From an uncultured virus (IMG/VR IMGVR_UViG_3300030202_001399) (Duplodnaviria; Heunggongvirae; Uroviricota; Caudoviricetes), in IMG/VR virus record IMGVR_UViG_3300030202_001399: DNA of 64,000 nucleotides; one strand, written 5' to 3'. The notes below the pieces were generated by a model that was given only the letters and a program-made list of their open reading frames with translations, ran no database searches and was not told where the DNA came from. Positions 7,348 to 16,993 of the stretch are shown in pieces. Each line of letters starts with the position of its first letter. Position 1 is the stretch's first letter. The position numbers were made by a program, and so were the translations under genes.

Positions 7348-7920
7348 ATGAATATATTTACTTTAGACAAAAGCCCGATAAAGAGTGCCGAACTAATGCT
7401 GGACAAGCATGTAGTCAAGATGCCAACTGAAAGTTTGCAGATGTTGTTTACAATAGTTGACCATCTAGGTTTGGAAGCAGGTTGGAAACCTGTGATGTTG
7501 AATCACCCATCTACTATTTGGGCGAGAGAAACAAGACAGAACTTCCAATGGTTGCGTGAGCATACCTATGCACTGTGCAGGGAGTATAGTTACAGATATG
7601 GTAGGATTCACAAGGTCGAAGTCTTGATGAACAGATATTCGACACAGATGGATGAGGCAGAGATGCTTCTTCCTGATGATGGTCTTACTCCGTTTGCTAT
7701 TGCTATCTCTCCACATATGGAGTGTAGGAAAGCAGATGGTTTTGACGACATGACAACAATCGAGAAGTATCGTCAATACTATCTTGATGACAAGTGGCGA
7801 TTCGCTATTTGGACTAGAAGAGAAGAACCTGAGTGGTGGCCTGAAGACCACTTCTTGAGAAAGTCATTTGACTATAAACAGGAGAGCGATGCTTTCCTAA
7901 CGAGGTTGGGATTAATATGA
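7348..7920 (+). CDS. Pyrimidine-dimer DNA glycosylase-like protein (DenV/EndoV-related family)
   Basis: 'MNIFTLD..P...A....DKHVVKM..E..QML', 'NHPSTIW', 'EY..RYG..H', 'YRQYY...K'; start re-assigned after GGAGA SD. Confidence 0.7.
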   Translation: MNIFTLDKSPIKSAELMLDKHVVKMPTESLQMLFTIVDHLGLEAGWKPVMLNHPSTIWARETRQNFQWLREHTYALCREYSYRYGRIHKVEVLMNRYSTQMDEAEMLLPDDGLTPFAIAISPHMECRKADGFDDMTTIEKYRQYYLDDKWRFAIWTRREEPEWWPEDHFLRKSFDYKQESDAFLTRLGLI

Positions 7921-8083
7921 GAATAATTAGAGTAACTAGAGCAACGGAAACGTGTGGTGTTTGTGACGGCACAGGAACGGCAGTTTTACAAACCGCAGAT
8001 GGTGAGAAAGAACCTGTCCCTTGTCTGTGTCTGTGTGAACCTGACTATGACGAGTGGTTAGCACTACACGGAATTGAAGAAGA

Positions 8084-8374
8084 ATGAAGGGATATATCCG
8101 ATTTACCAATGGTATTGTATCTATTGAAGAGATGCAAGCGTTTACTTGGAGACCATTGGATTCGGATGACCCACTAATGGATAAATTCAGGAACAAGGAA
8201 CATGCTCACATTGAGAAGTTCTTCAGTATCCTGATATTCCTTCGTGGTGGTCAGAAGTTTATGACTGCCACAACTAAGAATAACTTGAATGATATGATTA
8301 AGAGATTCAAACATAAGAATAATGGTGAACAATATGAATATAGTAATGAAAATGATGAAGATGAAAACAATTGA
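8084..8374 (+). CDS. Hypothetical protein; possible paralog of 18644-18874
   Basis: Similar pattern 'IFLRGGQKF' vs 'IHLRSGTIF'. Confidence 0.55.
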   Translation: MKGYIRFTNGIVSIEEMQAFTWRPLDSDDPLMDKFRNKEHAHIEKFFSILIFLRGGQKFMTATTKNNLNDMIKRFKHKNNGEQYEYSNENDEDENN

Positions 8375-8606
8375 AGAACAGTACAATGATTTGTCCGAAC
8401 TATGCAATCATGTAAGTTTCGCAGGAGACTTTGATGAGTGTGTTAGAGATGCTTGCAGTTTTTATTCGCAAGTTCTCATAGACAAAGAAGAAGTATATCT
8501 TAGATTAAGAAGAAGAAATAAGATGAAGAAACTAGTGTCGGGAATCTTAGGATTCCTACACACAATGATTCCCAAAGATGAATTTAATGGGAGGTATAAA
8601 CAATGA
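8322..8606 (+). CDS. Hypothetical protein (true start probably downstream)
   Basis: In-strand ORF within the operon. Confidence 0.45.
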   Translation: MVNNMNIVMKMMKMKTIEEQYNDLSELCNHVSFAGDFDECVRDACSFYSQVLIDKEEVYLRLRRRNKMKKLVSGILGFLHTMIPKDEFNGRYKQ

Positions 8607-8640
8607 AGATAAAAACAAGAATGAATGAAACAAACGTGAG

Positions 8641-8901
8641 GTGGATTTGATGGAAGAACTAGTTGAGTTTAGATTAGTTGATGACCCACAGTTACCACCG
8701 ATAATGATAACAATGACCGATGAGGATTCAGTCAAGGTTGTAATGAATGTGCAACACAGGATTTGGCTATCACTACATCGTAAGACAATAGGCGGTTCAG
8801 CAGAAGCACTGTTCGGTAAGATAAATGATATGCTAACTGCTTATCTCTTGGAGCAAAGAGCCTTCGAGAAGATGGATGAAAGTGATGACGAATATGAATA
8901 A
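8641..8901 (+). CDS. Hypothetical protein
   Basis: In-strand ORF. Confidence 0.6.
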   Translation: MDLMEELVEFRLVDDPQLPPIMITMTDEDSVKVVMNVQHRIWLSLHRKTIGGSAEALFGKINDMLTAYLLEQRAFEKMDESDDEYE

Positions 8902-9015
8902 AGAGATTGGAAGATGTGCAAAATGCAGGAGGATGGGAGTATTATGGAAATCCTACACTGGAAAAGGTGTTTACTGCAAGGCATGTTCCATGAAAGAATA
9001 TGTAGGTGAATAAAA

Positions 9016-10134
9016 ATGAATGATGAATATATAACAGCAAAAAGAGAATTAGGACACGGTAGATGGGATAAGAAACTCAAGGAGAATATGACTAACCTTT
9101 CTATCTCGGATAACTATGATGATGCGAAACATGAGTGGATTGCAACAGGAGAAGTTTGGTGGCAAGGTATTGGAACTCCAAGACCTGATTGGGCATTGAA
9201 TCATCCTAACCAATGCTTATGTGGTCATCGAATAGTATATCACTTTGAAATACATAACACTGAGACTGATGTTAGAGAGTGTGTTGGTTCAGACCACATT
9301 AACTCTTACATGATTCTCAGAGCGATTGTCGAAGAGACAGGTATGAGTGCAGATGCAATTACAGAAGACATGATTCAAGAATGGATTGATGTTCGTGTGT
9401 CTGCTCTGATGAAAGATGCTTGGTGGAGACATAATGGCGAGGACTTTGAAAGGAGATTCAATGAGATAAAGGAGTTGGATTTGAGAGTCAATGTTCGTAG
9501 GAATGGTCGGTATGTATTTGACCAAACTCTAGGAGTTAGTGTTGAAGAGACTAAGATTCGCAAGAAGGGTCGAGGTCAAGCAGGGACTAATGATTACGAG
9601 ATGGCTTCTATCGTTTGGCGATGGAATCATCCCGATAACCCGAAGGCTCAGATTCATACCAAGGGATTCCCTAATGAGAAACTAATGTCTGATTTGGATA
9701 TCTTTCACATGTTGATTGATAGACACAAGGCAACAGTCGCAGAGGAAGATGAGTTGATTGAGACTCAGCAATTGAAGAACGAGGAGTATCGAAAGCAGAT
9801 TCAGATAAGGAATAGTGTCCTACGGGAAAAGAAGGAGCATGAGTTTGCGGAGTCTTGCAGATATTTCGACATCCCTGTATTCAACTCTGATATGGGAATC
9901 AACACTTGGGAGAAGAGATTTCTGACAGATATGGAGAGTAGAATAATCAGACGTAGAGAACTCTCACAACGGCAAGTATCAAAACTGAAAACAATCATTG
10001 GTCGTTACAATGATAAGCCCACTGAGCGTCAGGTGAATTACCTGCGGGCTTTGGGGTATGAAGACGACATTTCTGAATTGACGAAAGGGAAAGTATCTTC
10101 ATTAATTGATGAACTAAAGGAGAAAACAATATGA
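9016..10134 (+). CDS. Hypothetical protein with N-terminal Zn-binding motif and C-terminal DUF3072-like helical motif
   Basis: 'CLCGH...VGSDHI'; C-terminal 'PTERQVNYLRALG...LTKGKVSSLIDEL'. Confidence 0.7.
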   Translation: MNDEYITAKRELGHGRWDKKLKENMTNLSISDNYDDAKHEWIATGEVWWQGIGTPRPDWALNHPNQCLCGHRIVYHFEIHNTETDVRECVGSDHINSYMILRAIVEETGMSADAITEDMIQEWIDVRVSALMKDAWWRHNGEDFERRFNEIKELDLRVNVRRNGRYVFDQTLGVSVEETKIRKKGRGQAGTNDYEMASIVWRWNHPDNPKAQIHTKGFPNEKLMSDLDIFHMLIDRHKATVAEEDELIETQQLKNEEYRKQIQIRNSVLREKKEHEFAESCRYFDIPVFNSDMGINTWEKRFLTDMESRIIRRRELSQRQVSKLKTIIGRYNDKPTERQVNYLRALGYEDDISELTKGKVSSLIDELKEKTI

Positions 10135-10352
10135 CAACAAAAAAGAAAGAAACGAAAAAGACCGAGAAGAAAGTGGATGACAAGGATGCTCGCATTGCAG
10201 AACTTGAGCAGTTGCTCTTGCAGAACAATGCGAACATTCAGACTCTAGTGAACACAGCGAATAATTACATCGCTCTGTGTCAACACTATGAGCAGACCAT
10301 CAACATACTGACTGGTCGGATTCAAGAAATAACAAGAAAAAAGAATGAATAA
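10131..10352 (+). CDS. Small coiled-coil protein
   Basis: Heptad pattern; coupled start. Confidence 0.6.
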   Translation: MTTKKKETKKTEKKVDDKDARIAELEQLLLQNNANIQTLVNTANNYIALCQHYEQTINILTGRIQEITRKKNE

Positions 10353-10369
10353 AAATGGAGGAATAAAAA

Positions 10370-10570
10370 ATGAAATTGTATATAGCAAATGAGACAGGAC
10401 ACACAGAAATGGAAGTGAACGCAACCAGCGTCATTGAGCAGATAACTGACCACCCTACACATTGGGTGTTTATCGATGGCGACATGGTAATGAGAGAAAA
10501 CATCCCTGATGTTAATTGGGATGAAGTAAGTGAAGTTCGTTTACAAGAAGCAGTCGTTGGCGGCTTCTGA
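10370..10570 (+). CDS. Ubiquitin-like (ThiS/MoaD/SAMP beta-grasp) protein with C-terminal GG-F
   Basis: 66 aa; 'WVFIDG' and 'EVRLQEAVVGGF' match the SAMP/ThiS C-terminal pattern; strong GGAGG SD. Confidence 0.65.
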   Translation: MKLYIANETGHTEMEVNATSVIEQITDHPTHWVFIDGDMVMRENIPDVNWDEVSEVRLQEAVVGGF

Positions 10571-10655
10571 GAACGCAGATAGTCTTAGCAGTAGTAGTTT
10601 GACTGCCGGATGGGTGCAACGCCTATCTAATTTGAAATCACAAGGAGATGAATAA

Positions 10656-12545
10656 ATGGAAATACAACAAGAGATACTATCAGATATCACTGTGCATATG
10701 AAGTATGCAAAGTGGAAAGAAGCAGAACAGAGAAAAGAGACTTGGGAAGAGATTTGTCATAGAAACAAGCAAATGCACCTAGACTCAATAGCAAAGAGAG
10801 GACTATCACATACGGCAGTTGAAACTCTCAAGAGTAAGATTCACGAAACATATGACAATTATGTTATCCCTAAGAAGATATTACCTTCGATGAGGTCAAT
10901 GCAATTTGCAGGGAAGCCGATTGAACTATCACCTAACCGTGTGTACAATTGTGCTTACATGCCTATTGACCATTACTTGTCATTCTCAGAAGCAATGTTT
11001 CTATTGCTAGGAGGAACAGGTGTTGGGTACTCAGTCCAAAGACATCATGTAGATAAATTACCTGAGATTAGATTACCTAACCCAAAGAGAACTTACAGAC
11101 ATCTAGTTGCTGACTCTATTGAGGGTTGGGCTGATGCAGTCAAGGTATTGTTTGAGTCTTACATTGGAAAGAGAGCAACAACAGTCAGATTTGACTACTC
11201 AGATATCAGACCAAAGGGAAGTCCTTTGAAGACTAGTGGTGGTAAAGCACCCGGTCCTCAACCTCTAAAGGAATGTCTAGTAAAGGTAGAAGGAATCCTT
11301 GCTAACAAAGACAATGGAGATAAACTAACTACATTGGAAGCACACGATATTGTTTGTTATATTGCAGATGCAGTATTAGCAGGTGGTATTCGTAGAGCAG
11401 CACTAATCAGTTTGTTCAGTGCTGATGACGATGATATGATAACATCGAAGTCAGGACACTTTTGGGAGAAGAACCCACAGAGAGCAAGAGCAAACAACTC
11501 AGTGGTTCTACTACGTCACAGAATCAAGAGGGACTTCTTCAATAATCTATGGAAGAGAGTTCAAGACTCAGGCTCAGGAGAACCGGGGTTCTACTTCACA
11601 AATGACAAGGATTGGGGAACTAACCCTTGTTGTGAGATAGCACTTAGACCTTACCAGTTCTGTAATCTAACAGAGGTCAATGTATCTAATGTTAGCAGTC
11701 AATCAGAATTGAACAAGAGAGTAGAACACGCCACGTTCTTAGGAACACTACAAGCATCATATACTGACTTCCACTATCTAAGAGAAGTATGGAAGAAAAC
11801 ATCAGAGAAGGATGCACTACTTGGTGTATCAATGACTGGTATTGCAAGCGGTAGAGTTCTAGATTTAGATATGGAATCGGCTGCTAACAAAGCAAGAAGC
11901 ACTAATGAGTTCTTTGCTAATGCGTTAGGTATTAACACAGCAGCGAGAATCACATGTGTCAAACCTGCTGGTACTACCAGTCTAGTTATGGGAACATCAT
12001 CAGGCATTCATGCTTGGTGGTCTGAGTATTACATTAGGAGAATCAGAGTATTGAAGACAGAATCAATCTACAATTACTTGATAACCAAGTTCCCTGATTT
12101 GGTAGAAGATGACTATCACAACCCTAATCAGGCTATCATCTCCATACCTCAGAAGACTCCTGCTGGAACTTCTATAACTAGAGAAGAGTCAGCATTAGAG
12201 ATGCTTGAGAGAGTAAAGAGAGTATCAGTAGATTGGGTTGTAACAGGACACAGAAGAGGTGTCAATACCCACAATGTTTCTGCAACTGTCAACATTCGTG
12301 AAGATGAGTGGGAAGATGTAAGAAACTGGATGTGGAAGAACAGAGATTTCTACAATGGACTATCTGTTCTACCATTCGATGGTGGTGTGTATAAGCAAGC
12401 ACCACATGAACCCATTAGCAAGAAGCAGTATGAAACAATGCTTGAACTTCTGACTGAGATAGATTTGACAGAAGTGATAGAGACAGAGGATAACACCGAC
12501 TTGCAGGGAGAACTTGCTTGTGCAGGTGGAGTTTGTGAAATATGA
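10656..12545 (+). CDS. nrdJ: Class II (adenosylcobalamin-dependent) ribonucleotide reductase
   Basis: YNC, 'GTGVG', 'RRAA', 'TNPCCEI', 'VKPAGT', C-terminal 'CAGGVCEI'; no beta subunit nearby. Confidence 0.92.
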   Translation: MEIQQEILSDITVHMKYAKWKEAEQRKETWEEICHRNKQMHLDSIAKRGLSHTAVETLKSKIHETYDNYVIPKKILPSMRSMQFAGKPIELSPNRVYNCAYMPIDHYLSFSEAMFLLLGGTGVGYSVQRHHVDKLPEIRLPNPKRTYRHLVADSIEGWADAVKVLFESYIGKRATTVRFDYSDIRPKGSPLKTSGGKAPGPQPLKECLVKVEGILANKDNGDKLTTLEAHDIVCYIADAVLAGGIRRAALISLFSADDDDMITSKSGHFWEKNPQRARANNSVVLLRHRIKRDFFNNLWKRVQDSGSGEPGFYFTNDKDWGTNPCCEIALRPYQFCNLTEVNVSNVSSQSELNKRVEHATFLGTLQASYTDFHYLREVWKKTSEKDALLGVSMTGIASGRVLDLDMESAANKARSTNEFFANALGINTAARITCVKPAGTTSLVMGTSSGIHAWWSEYYIRRIRVLKTESIYNYLITKFPDLVEDDYHNPNQAIISIPQKTPAGTSITREESALEMLERVKRVSVDWVVTGHRRGVNTHNVSATVNIREDEWEDVRNWMWKNRDFYNGLSVLPFDGGVYKQAPHEPISKKQYETMLELLTEIDLTEVIETEDNTDLQGELACAGGVCEI

Positions 12546-12826
12546 AGAGGCAAGAGATTCTAGCAATAGAAGAGGAAGTCATTCAGAGCATGAATAACAA
12601 CGGTGCTAGAGAAAGCATCGCAGGGTTCTACCAAAGAACTAGGTCAATGGGAAGACAATATCCATCGACACTACTACTTAACAGAATCAGATATTATATC
12701 CGTATGGGATATTGTGATTTAACAACTGAAGAGTTGGAAACATTGTACGATAAGAAAATGTACTACAAAAGAAACGGTGATGAAAATGAAAATAAAAATA
12801 ACACTACCAAGAGTAAGAACAGATAG
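12542..12826 (+). CDS. Hypothetical protein
   Basis: ATGA-coupled to the RNR gene. Confidence 0.55.
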   Translation: MKRQEILAIEEEVIQSMNNNGARESIAGFYQRTRSMGRQYPSTLLLNRIRYYIRMGYCDLTTEELETLYDKKMYYKRNGDENENKNNTTKSKNR

Positions 12827-14009
12827 AGAAATCACGAATGAAACTAGTTCGTTCCTATGTAAGACTAATCGTGATTTACGTCATATCCTACGCATGGATA
12901 GGCGTAACCAGTTCGGTGAATATATGTTTGATGCAGGTAGAAGCAGTGGTTCTACGAGGAAGTTTCATGAGAACAGATATTGGAATCTATTTGCATACAG
13001 AATGTACGATATGTTTGTGAGAACACATAGTAATAGTAAGTCTAACGAAATGACATGGATTACCTTCCGTTATCACAACGGAGACTCATCTATTATGTTG
13101 CGAAAGGACGGCAGTACATTATACATGAATGGGGTTAAGAAAAACCAAAACGATGTGGCAATTGCTCTTGCTAAGATAATTGCTTTTGGAGCGCAGAATA
13201 GAGATGCACCAGCAATGGAAGCCTACATCGAGAGGAATGTAACATATTCAGGAAACATACTGTATGCTCTAGAGAACAGAACACCATATTGGTTGTTTGT
13301 TGATGGGACACAACATAACGTAAAGATGAACACTACTCTCATTAGTAGAGATGAAGTAGCGTTTGAGGTATCGGAGAATGTTTGGGGTTCTCTTCCTCTT
13401 GATGAGGCTACCACGTTTATTGACTGTTATAGAAACCATGCAAGGAGGTCAAAGAAGTGGGCTAACATCAGTCCATCCAATTTATGGTTCAATATGTTTG
13501 GTACACACGCAACAGATAATCAAGAGGCACTAATGAAAGCGTGGCTCTTACAAAACAGAACTGATGTGATTGTCGAAGAGAGAGCATTCCATCTTCTACA
13601 AGACATGGACAGAAACTACGATGAGTTCACACTTGTTGACTTGCGTAAAGAACCATTCTCAACTATGAGTATAACCGAGAGGTCTAACAGCCTTAACTTT
13701 GCGATGCATGTAAAGGGAAGTCTAGGTGATTGGTTAGTATATCCAAACAGCAGAACATCAGGAACACAACGATGTAAAGCCATCTTCTTCAAATCTAAAG
13801 ACAAGGTAGATGGCCCATTCTGTATTGATGATATTAATGGTAAGAACGTAGTCGGAGACCAAATAGCAACGAGAGCAATGTTGTTGAAGAGCGATACAGT
13901 CGCTAAATCTATGGTCTCTACGTTGAGGAGTGTGGAGAAGTCTAGTTATCGCATACCCAACAGACAACTAAAGAACGCCAAATTTACGGAGAAGTTAACA
14001 TGGAGATAG
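12777..14009 (+). CDS. Hypothetical protein (410 aa) with a C-terminal Cys-containing domain
   Basis: Long ORF; 'HVKGS...FCIDD...GDQIATRAMLL'. Confidence 0.75.
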   Translation: MMKMKIKITLPRVRTDREITNETSSFLCKTNRDLRHILRMDRRNQFGEYMFDAGRSSGSTRKFHENRYWNLFAYRMYDMFVRTHSNSKSNEMTWITFRYHNGDSSIMLRKDGSTLYMNGVKKNQNDVAIALAKIIAFGAQNRDAPAMEAYIERNVTYSGNILYALENRTPYWLFVDGTQHNVKMNTTLISRDEVAFEVSENVWGSLPLDEATTFIDCYRNHARRSKKWANISPSNLWFNMFGTHATDNQEALMKAWLLQNRTDVIVEERAFHLLQDMDRNYDEFTLVDLRKEPFSTMSITERSNSLNFAMHVKGSLGDWLVYPNSRTSGTQRCKAIFFKSKDKVDGPFCIDDINGKNVVGDQIATRAMLLKSDTVAKSMVSTLRSVEKSSYRIPNRQLKNAKFTEKLTWR

Positions 14010-14890
14010 TATCAATGAAGTGTCCTGAATGTGAGGGATATGATTGGACATTTGATGATTCGTTAGGTGAAAATGTCTGTGATGATTGTGGGCTAGTACA
14101 AGTTGTTAGACCATTTGAAGAGACAAGCAGACTCACATCTACTTATGGACATACAAAGGAATTGGGTTCTCTGATTATAGAGACAAACTCAAACTATACA
14201 AGAAATCAGATGCACCGTATGAAGAAACATAACGTGTATGCATCAGCACTTTCAGAAGCAGATAGAAGAACGATAACACTGTGTAATATGATTCTCTCTA
14301 ATTATAGTGTAGGTAGTTCCATCAAATCCAAAGTGGATGTATATCTGAGGTCGCTTAAAGAAGAGCATTTGTTCAGAGGATGTACTGTCGAGCAAAGAGC
14401 AGCATCACTCTCCTTCTATATTCTAAAGGAGAGCGATATACCAATGAACATTAGAACACACAGTAAGTATTCAATGGTGGAGAGTAAGTATATCTCCCGT
14501 TGGGCTAAAAGAATAGCAAGACATTTCAGAAAGTCATACATTTTCGCTCAGGAAAACCCATTGCGTAACGCAACTGGTATAATTGATAGATTGGACAATG
14601 TTCCTGATGGTTATCGTCCTGATGCTCTTAGCATGATTCAGTTTCTAGAGAGATTCTACGAGGAGCAGAACATTCGTTTCTCTCCTAATAAGATAGTTGC
14701 TGCACTTTGGTTGGCAGGAAGGATGGGAAAACACGGAGTAACACAGAAGCAATTGGTGAAGTCATCAGGAAACACTTCTTCTGAAATAGGAATAAGAGAG
14801 CAGATAAGAGAAATGAAACGATTCTTTGGTTTATCTAGAGAAGAGTTGTACGGAATGTCCGTATCTGATTTTACAAATGGAGCGTATTAA
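14000..14890 (+). CDS. tfb: Transcription initiation factor IIB (TFB) homologue
   Basis: N-terminal Zn ribbon CPEC..D...GENVCDDCGLV, then two cyclin-like repeats ('FRG..VE..AA..FY', 'P..IVAALWLA...VTQKQL'). Confidence 0.85.
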   Translation: MEIVSMKCPECEGYDWTFDDSLGENVCDDCGLVQVVRPFEETSRLTSTYGHTKELGSLIIETNSNYTRNQMHRMKKHNVYASALSEADRRTITLCNMILSNYSVGSSIKSKVDVYLRSLKEEHLFRGCTVEQRAASLSFYILKESDIPMNIRTHSKYSMVESKYISRWAKRIARHFRKSYIFAQENPLRNATGIIDRLDNVPDGYRPDALSMIQFLERFYEEQNIRFSPNKIVAALWLAGRMGKHGVTQKQLVKSSGNTSSEIGIREQIREMKRFFGLSREELYGMSVSDFTNGAY

Positions 14891-14891
14891 A

Positions 14892-15134
14892 ATGGAAGAG
14901 TTAATTGAAACACTAAAGAAAATGCAATACCACTTCAGTAAGTTCATTGAAGAGTATGAAAGTCTACCACAGTTGAAGAATGTTGTTAGGAGAACTGTGC
15001 TAGAAGACGCAATCTCTGTTGTCGGTGCGACAATGGATGGTATAACAAATGAGATAATCGATGCATGGCATGATTATCAGCAACAACAAATAAACAATGG
15101 AGTATTAGATATAGGTGATGAAAATGATGAATAG
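14892..15134 (+). CDS. Hypothetical protein
   Basis: ATG at 14892 (MEELIETL) within the supplied ORF, just after the TFB stop. Confidence 0.5.
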   Translation: MEELIETLKKMQYHFSKFIEEYESLPQLKNVVRRTVLEDAISVVGATMDGITNEIIDAWHDYQQQQINNGVLDIGDENDE

Positions 15135-15720
15135 AAGAGTAATGATAATTGGAGCAGGAGGAATAGGTAGTTTTCTAACTCAGTTCCTCCAAAGACTAGG
15201 ATACAAGATAACCCTTTACGATGATGATGGTGTCGAAAAGAAGAATGTTGGTTATCAGAATTTTACAACAAGAGATATTGGCGAGAACAAAGCAAGAGTA
15301 TTGTCTGACAGGATATGGGATACTGACTCTAAAGGAACAGTAGCCGATGAGCCATACAGGGTTCTAACTGCAAAGCAATTGAATGGATATCACTTAGTAA
15401 TCTGTTGTGCAGATAACCTTGCAGTAAGGCGTTTGCTATATCAACAAGGCTTCGGAACAGATGCTAAGTTGAAGTGGTTAGACCTACGAGCGCAAGGCCG
15501 TAATGCCGCATTGATATCATACAAGATTGACCCGAACCTAATGGATGCCTTTCTTGCTGGTCAAGAAGGTTCATTCTCATGTCAAGCAACAGATTGGGAT
15601 GGTAGTTCAAAAGATATAGATTGTATGAATATAGCAATCGCAGGTATTGCTACACAGTGGATTCAGAAATGGTTCAACGATAATGATGATGTCATCGATA
15701 AGATGGTGTTGAATCTATGA
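15115..15720 (+). CDS. ThiF/MoeB/E1-like activating enzyme
   Basis: GAGGIG loop, 'YDDDGVEKKNVGYQ', 'NKA', 'CADN...R', candidate catalytic Cys in 'FSCQ'. Confidence 0.88.
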   Translation: MMKMMNRRVMIIGAGGIGSFLTQFLQRLGYKITLYDDDGVEKKNVGYQNFTTRDIGENKARVLSDRIWDTDSKGTVADEPYRVLTAKQLNGYHLVICCADNLAVRRLLYQQGFGTDAKLKWLDLRAQGRNAALISYKIDPNLMDAFLAGQEGSFSCQATDWDGSSKDIDCMNIAIAGIATQWIQKWFNDNDDVIDKMVLNL

Positions 15721-15881
15721 ACTGTGATTGTAAACCATGTGACTGTCACTATCCACTTGAGACCTTCTTAGGTCAGATGAGTAGTGCAGGGGCATTTATG
15801 CCACTGAAAGACGCAACTGTGGTTTGTGGTAGATGTAAACAGAATCTATCATGTAGAAAATGTAGGAGTGAAGATGAATGA
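15717..15881 (+). CDS. 54-aa Cys-rich metal-binding peptide, not in the ORF track
   Basis: MNCDCKPCDCHY...CGRCKQNLSCRKCRSEDE; ATGA overlaps at both ends. Confidence 0.6.
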   Translation: MNCDCKPCDCHYPLETFLGQMSSAGAFMPLKDATVVCGRCKQNLSCRKCRSEDE

Positions 15882-15942
15882 AATGTGAAAATTGTGGAAT
15901 GGAAATAAACGAATTAAGAATAAAGACAGAAGACTGTTGTAG

Positions 15943-16188
15943 ATGGGTGGTGATGAGATGAGAGCGAGTTCAAAGATACATGTTGAATATGAAGTATTGA
16001 AATATATAATGGATAGAATAGACTTAACAGAATTAGAAGAGAAGATGTGTCCTACGGGAGACAAGGTAGCCGAGAAGAGATTCAAAGATGGTGCTGACAC
16101 AGTATCCAACTTGGTTAACAATCTGATAGTCAGAAGACTGCATAGGTTGCCTAACACACATCCTGCATACAGGGGGAAAGAAGAATGA
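15943..16188 (+). CDS. Hypothetical protein
   Basis: In-operon ORF. Confidence 0.55.
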   Translation: MGGDEMRASSKIHVEYEVLKYIMDRIDLTELEEKMCPTGDKVAEKRFKDGADTVSNLVNNLIVRRLHRLPNTHPAYRGKEE

Positions 16189-16467
16189 GTAAGTTAGCAC
16201 AGTTAATAGAAGAGATAGAAGGGATGTTGAAAGTTAAGAAGGCTGACTTAGAGTATTATTGGGAACCCGACACAGAGGGTTGGGTTGAGGCACTTGAGTA
16301 TGTGCTAGGTCGCATGGATGCACAGGGGGAAGAAGAATGAGCATGTTAGATTTTGAGGAAGACTTTGTGAAGTTTCTCACAGAGAAGTTTGGTGAGAATT
16401 GGAGTTATCAATGGGAAGGAGAAGAAGGTGGGTTTTCGCTAGTTTTGCAGGTTTGGGGTGAAGAAGA

Positions 16468-16752
16468 ATGAAGTACATCTGCTTCTCAATATTAGGGAAG
16501 ACTCTTTGTGGTAAAGAGGATGAGCCTGTTCCTGAACACTTGGCAGATAGCAGAAGGTTCTGCAATGACTGTGTTCAAGTGATGTGGAAGGAACAGTATA
16601 GAAGGAGTGTACTGCTCCCCTTGCAACAAGGAATAGACATCAAGAAGGTACAGAAGGAAATAGAAGAAACAGAGGTTGTAGTCGAAGAACCTAGATTAGT
16701 CACACCAAGACGAATCAAACCACTTCGACATTATATGAAGGTGAAAGCATGA
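16468..16752 (+). CDS. Hypothetical protein with Cys motifs
   Basis: 'TLCG...FCNDC'. Confidence 0.55.
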   Translation: MKYICFSILGKTLCGKEDEPVPEHLADSRRFCNDCVQVMWKEQYRRSVLLPLQQGIDIKKVQKEIEETEVVVEEPRLVTPRRIKPLRHYMKVKA

Positions 16753-16991
16753 CAAAGGAAGATGGAAATATAGACGACATAAGCGAAGAAGACATAGGAC
16801 ATATGTTGACAGTAATATCAACAGATGGATACTACAAACAGGCGATGATTGTAAAGGTCGTTTGCCCTGTTTGTGGTGAAGAGTTCTTAGGAACTAAAAG
16901 ACATGCAGGTGGATTCATTGCAGGACATCGAGCATATCATGAGTTTGAGAACGAGCAGGATATGAGAGTAGAACAAATGGGAGGAATATAA
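16749..16991 (+). CDS. C2H2-type zinc finger protein
   Basis: CPVC...HRAYH. Confidence 0.6.
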   Translation: MTKEDGNIDDISEEDIGHMLTVISTDGYYKQAMIVKVVCPVCGEEFLGTKRHAGGFIAGHRAYHEFENEQDMRVEQMGGI

Positions 16992-16993
16992 AA

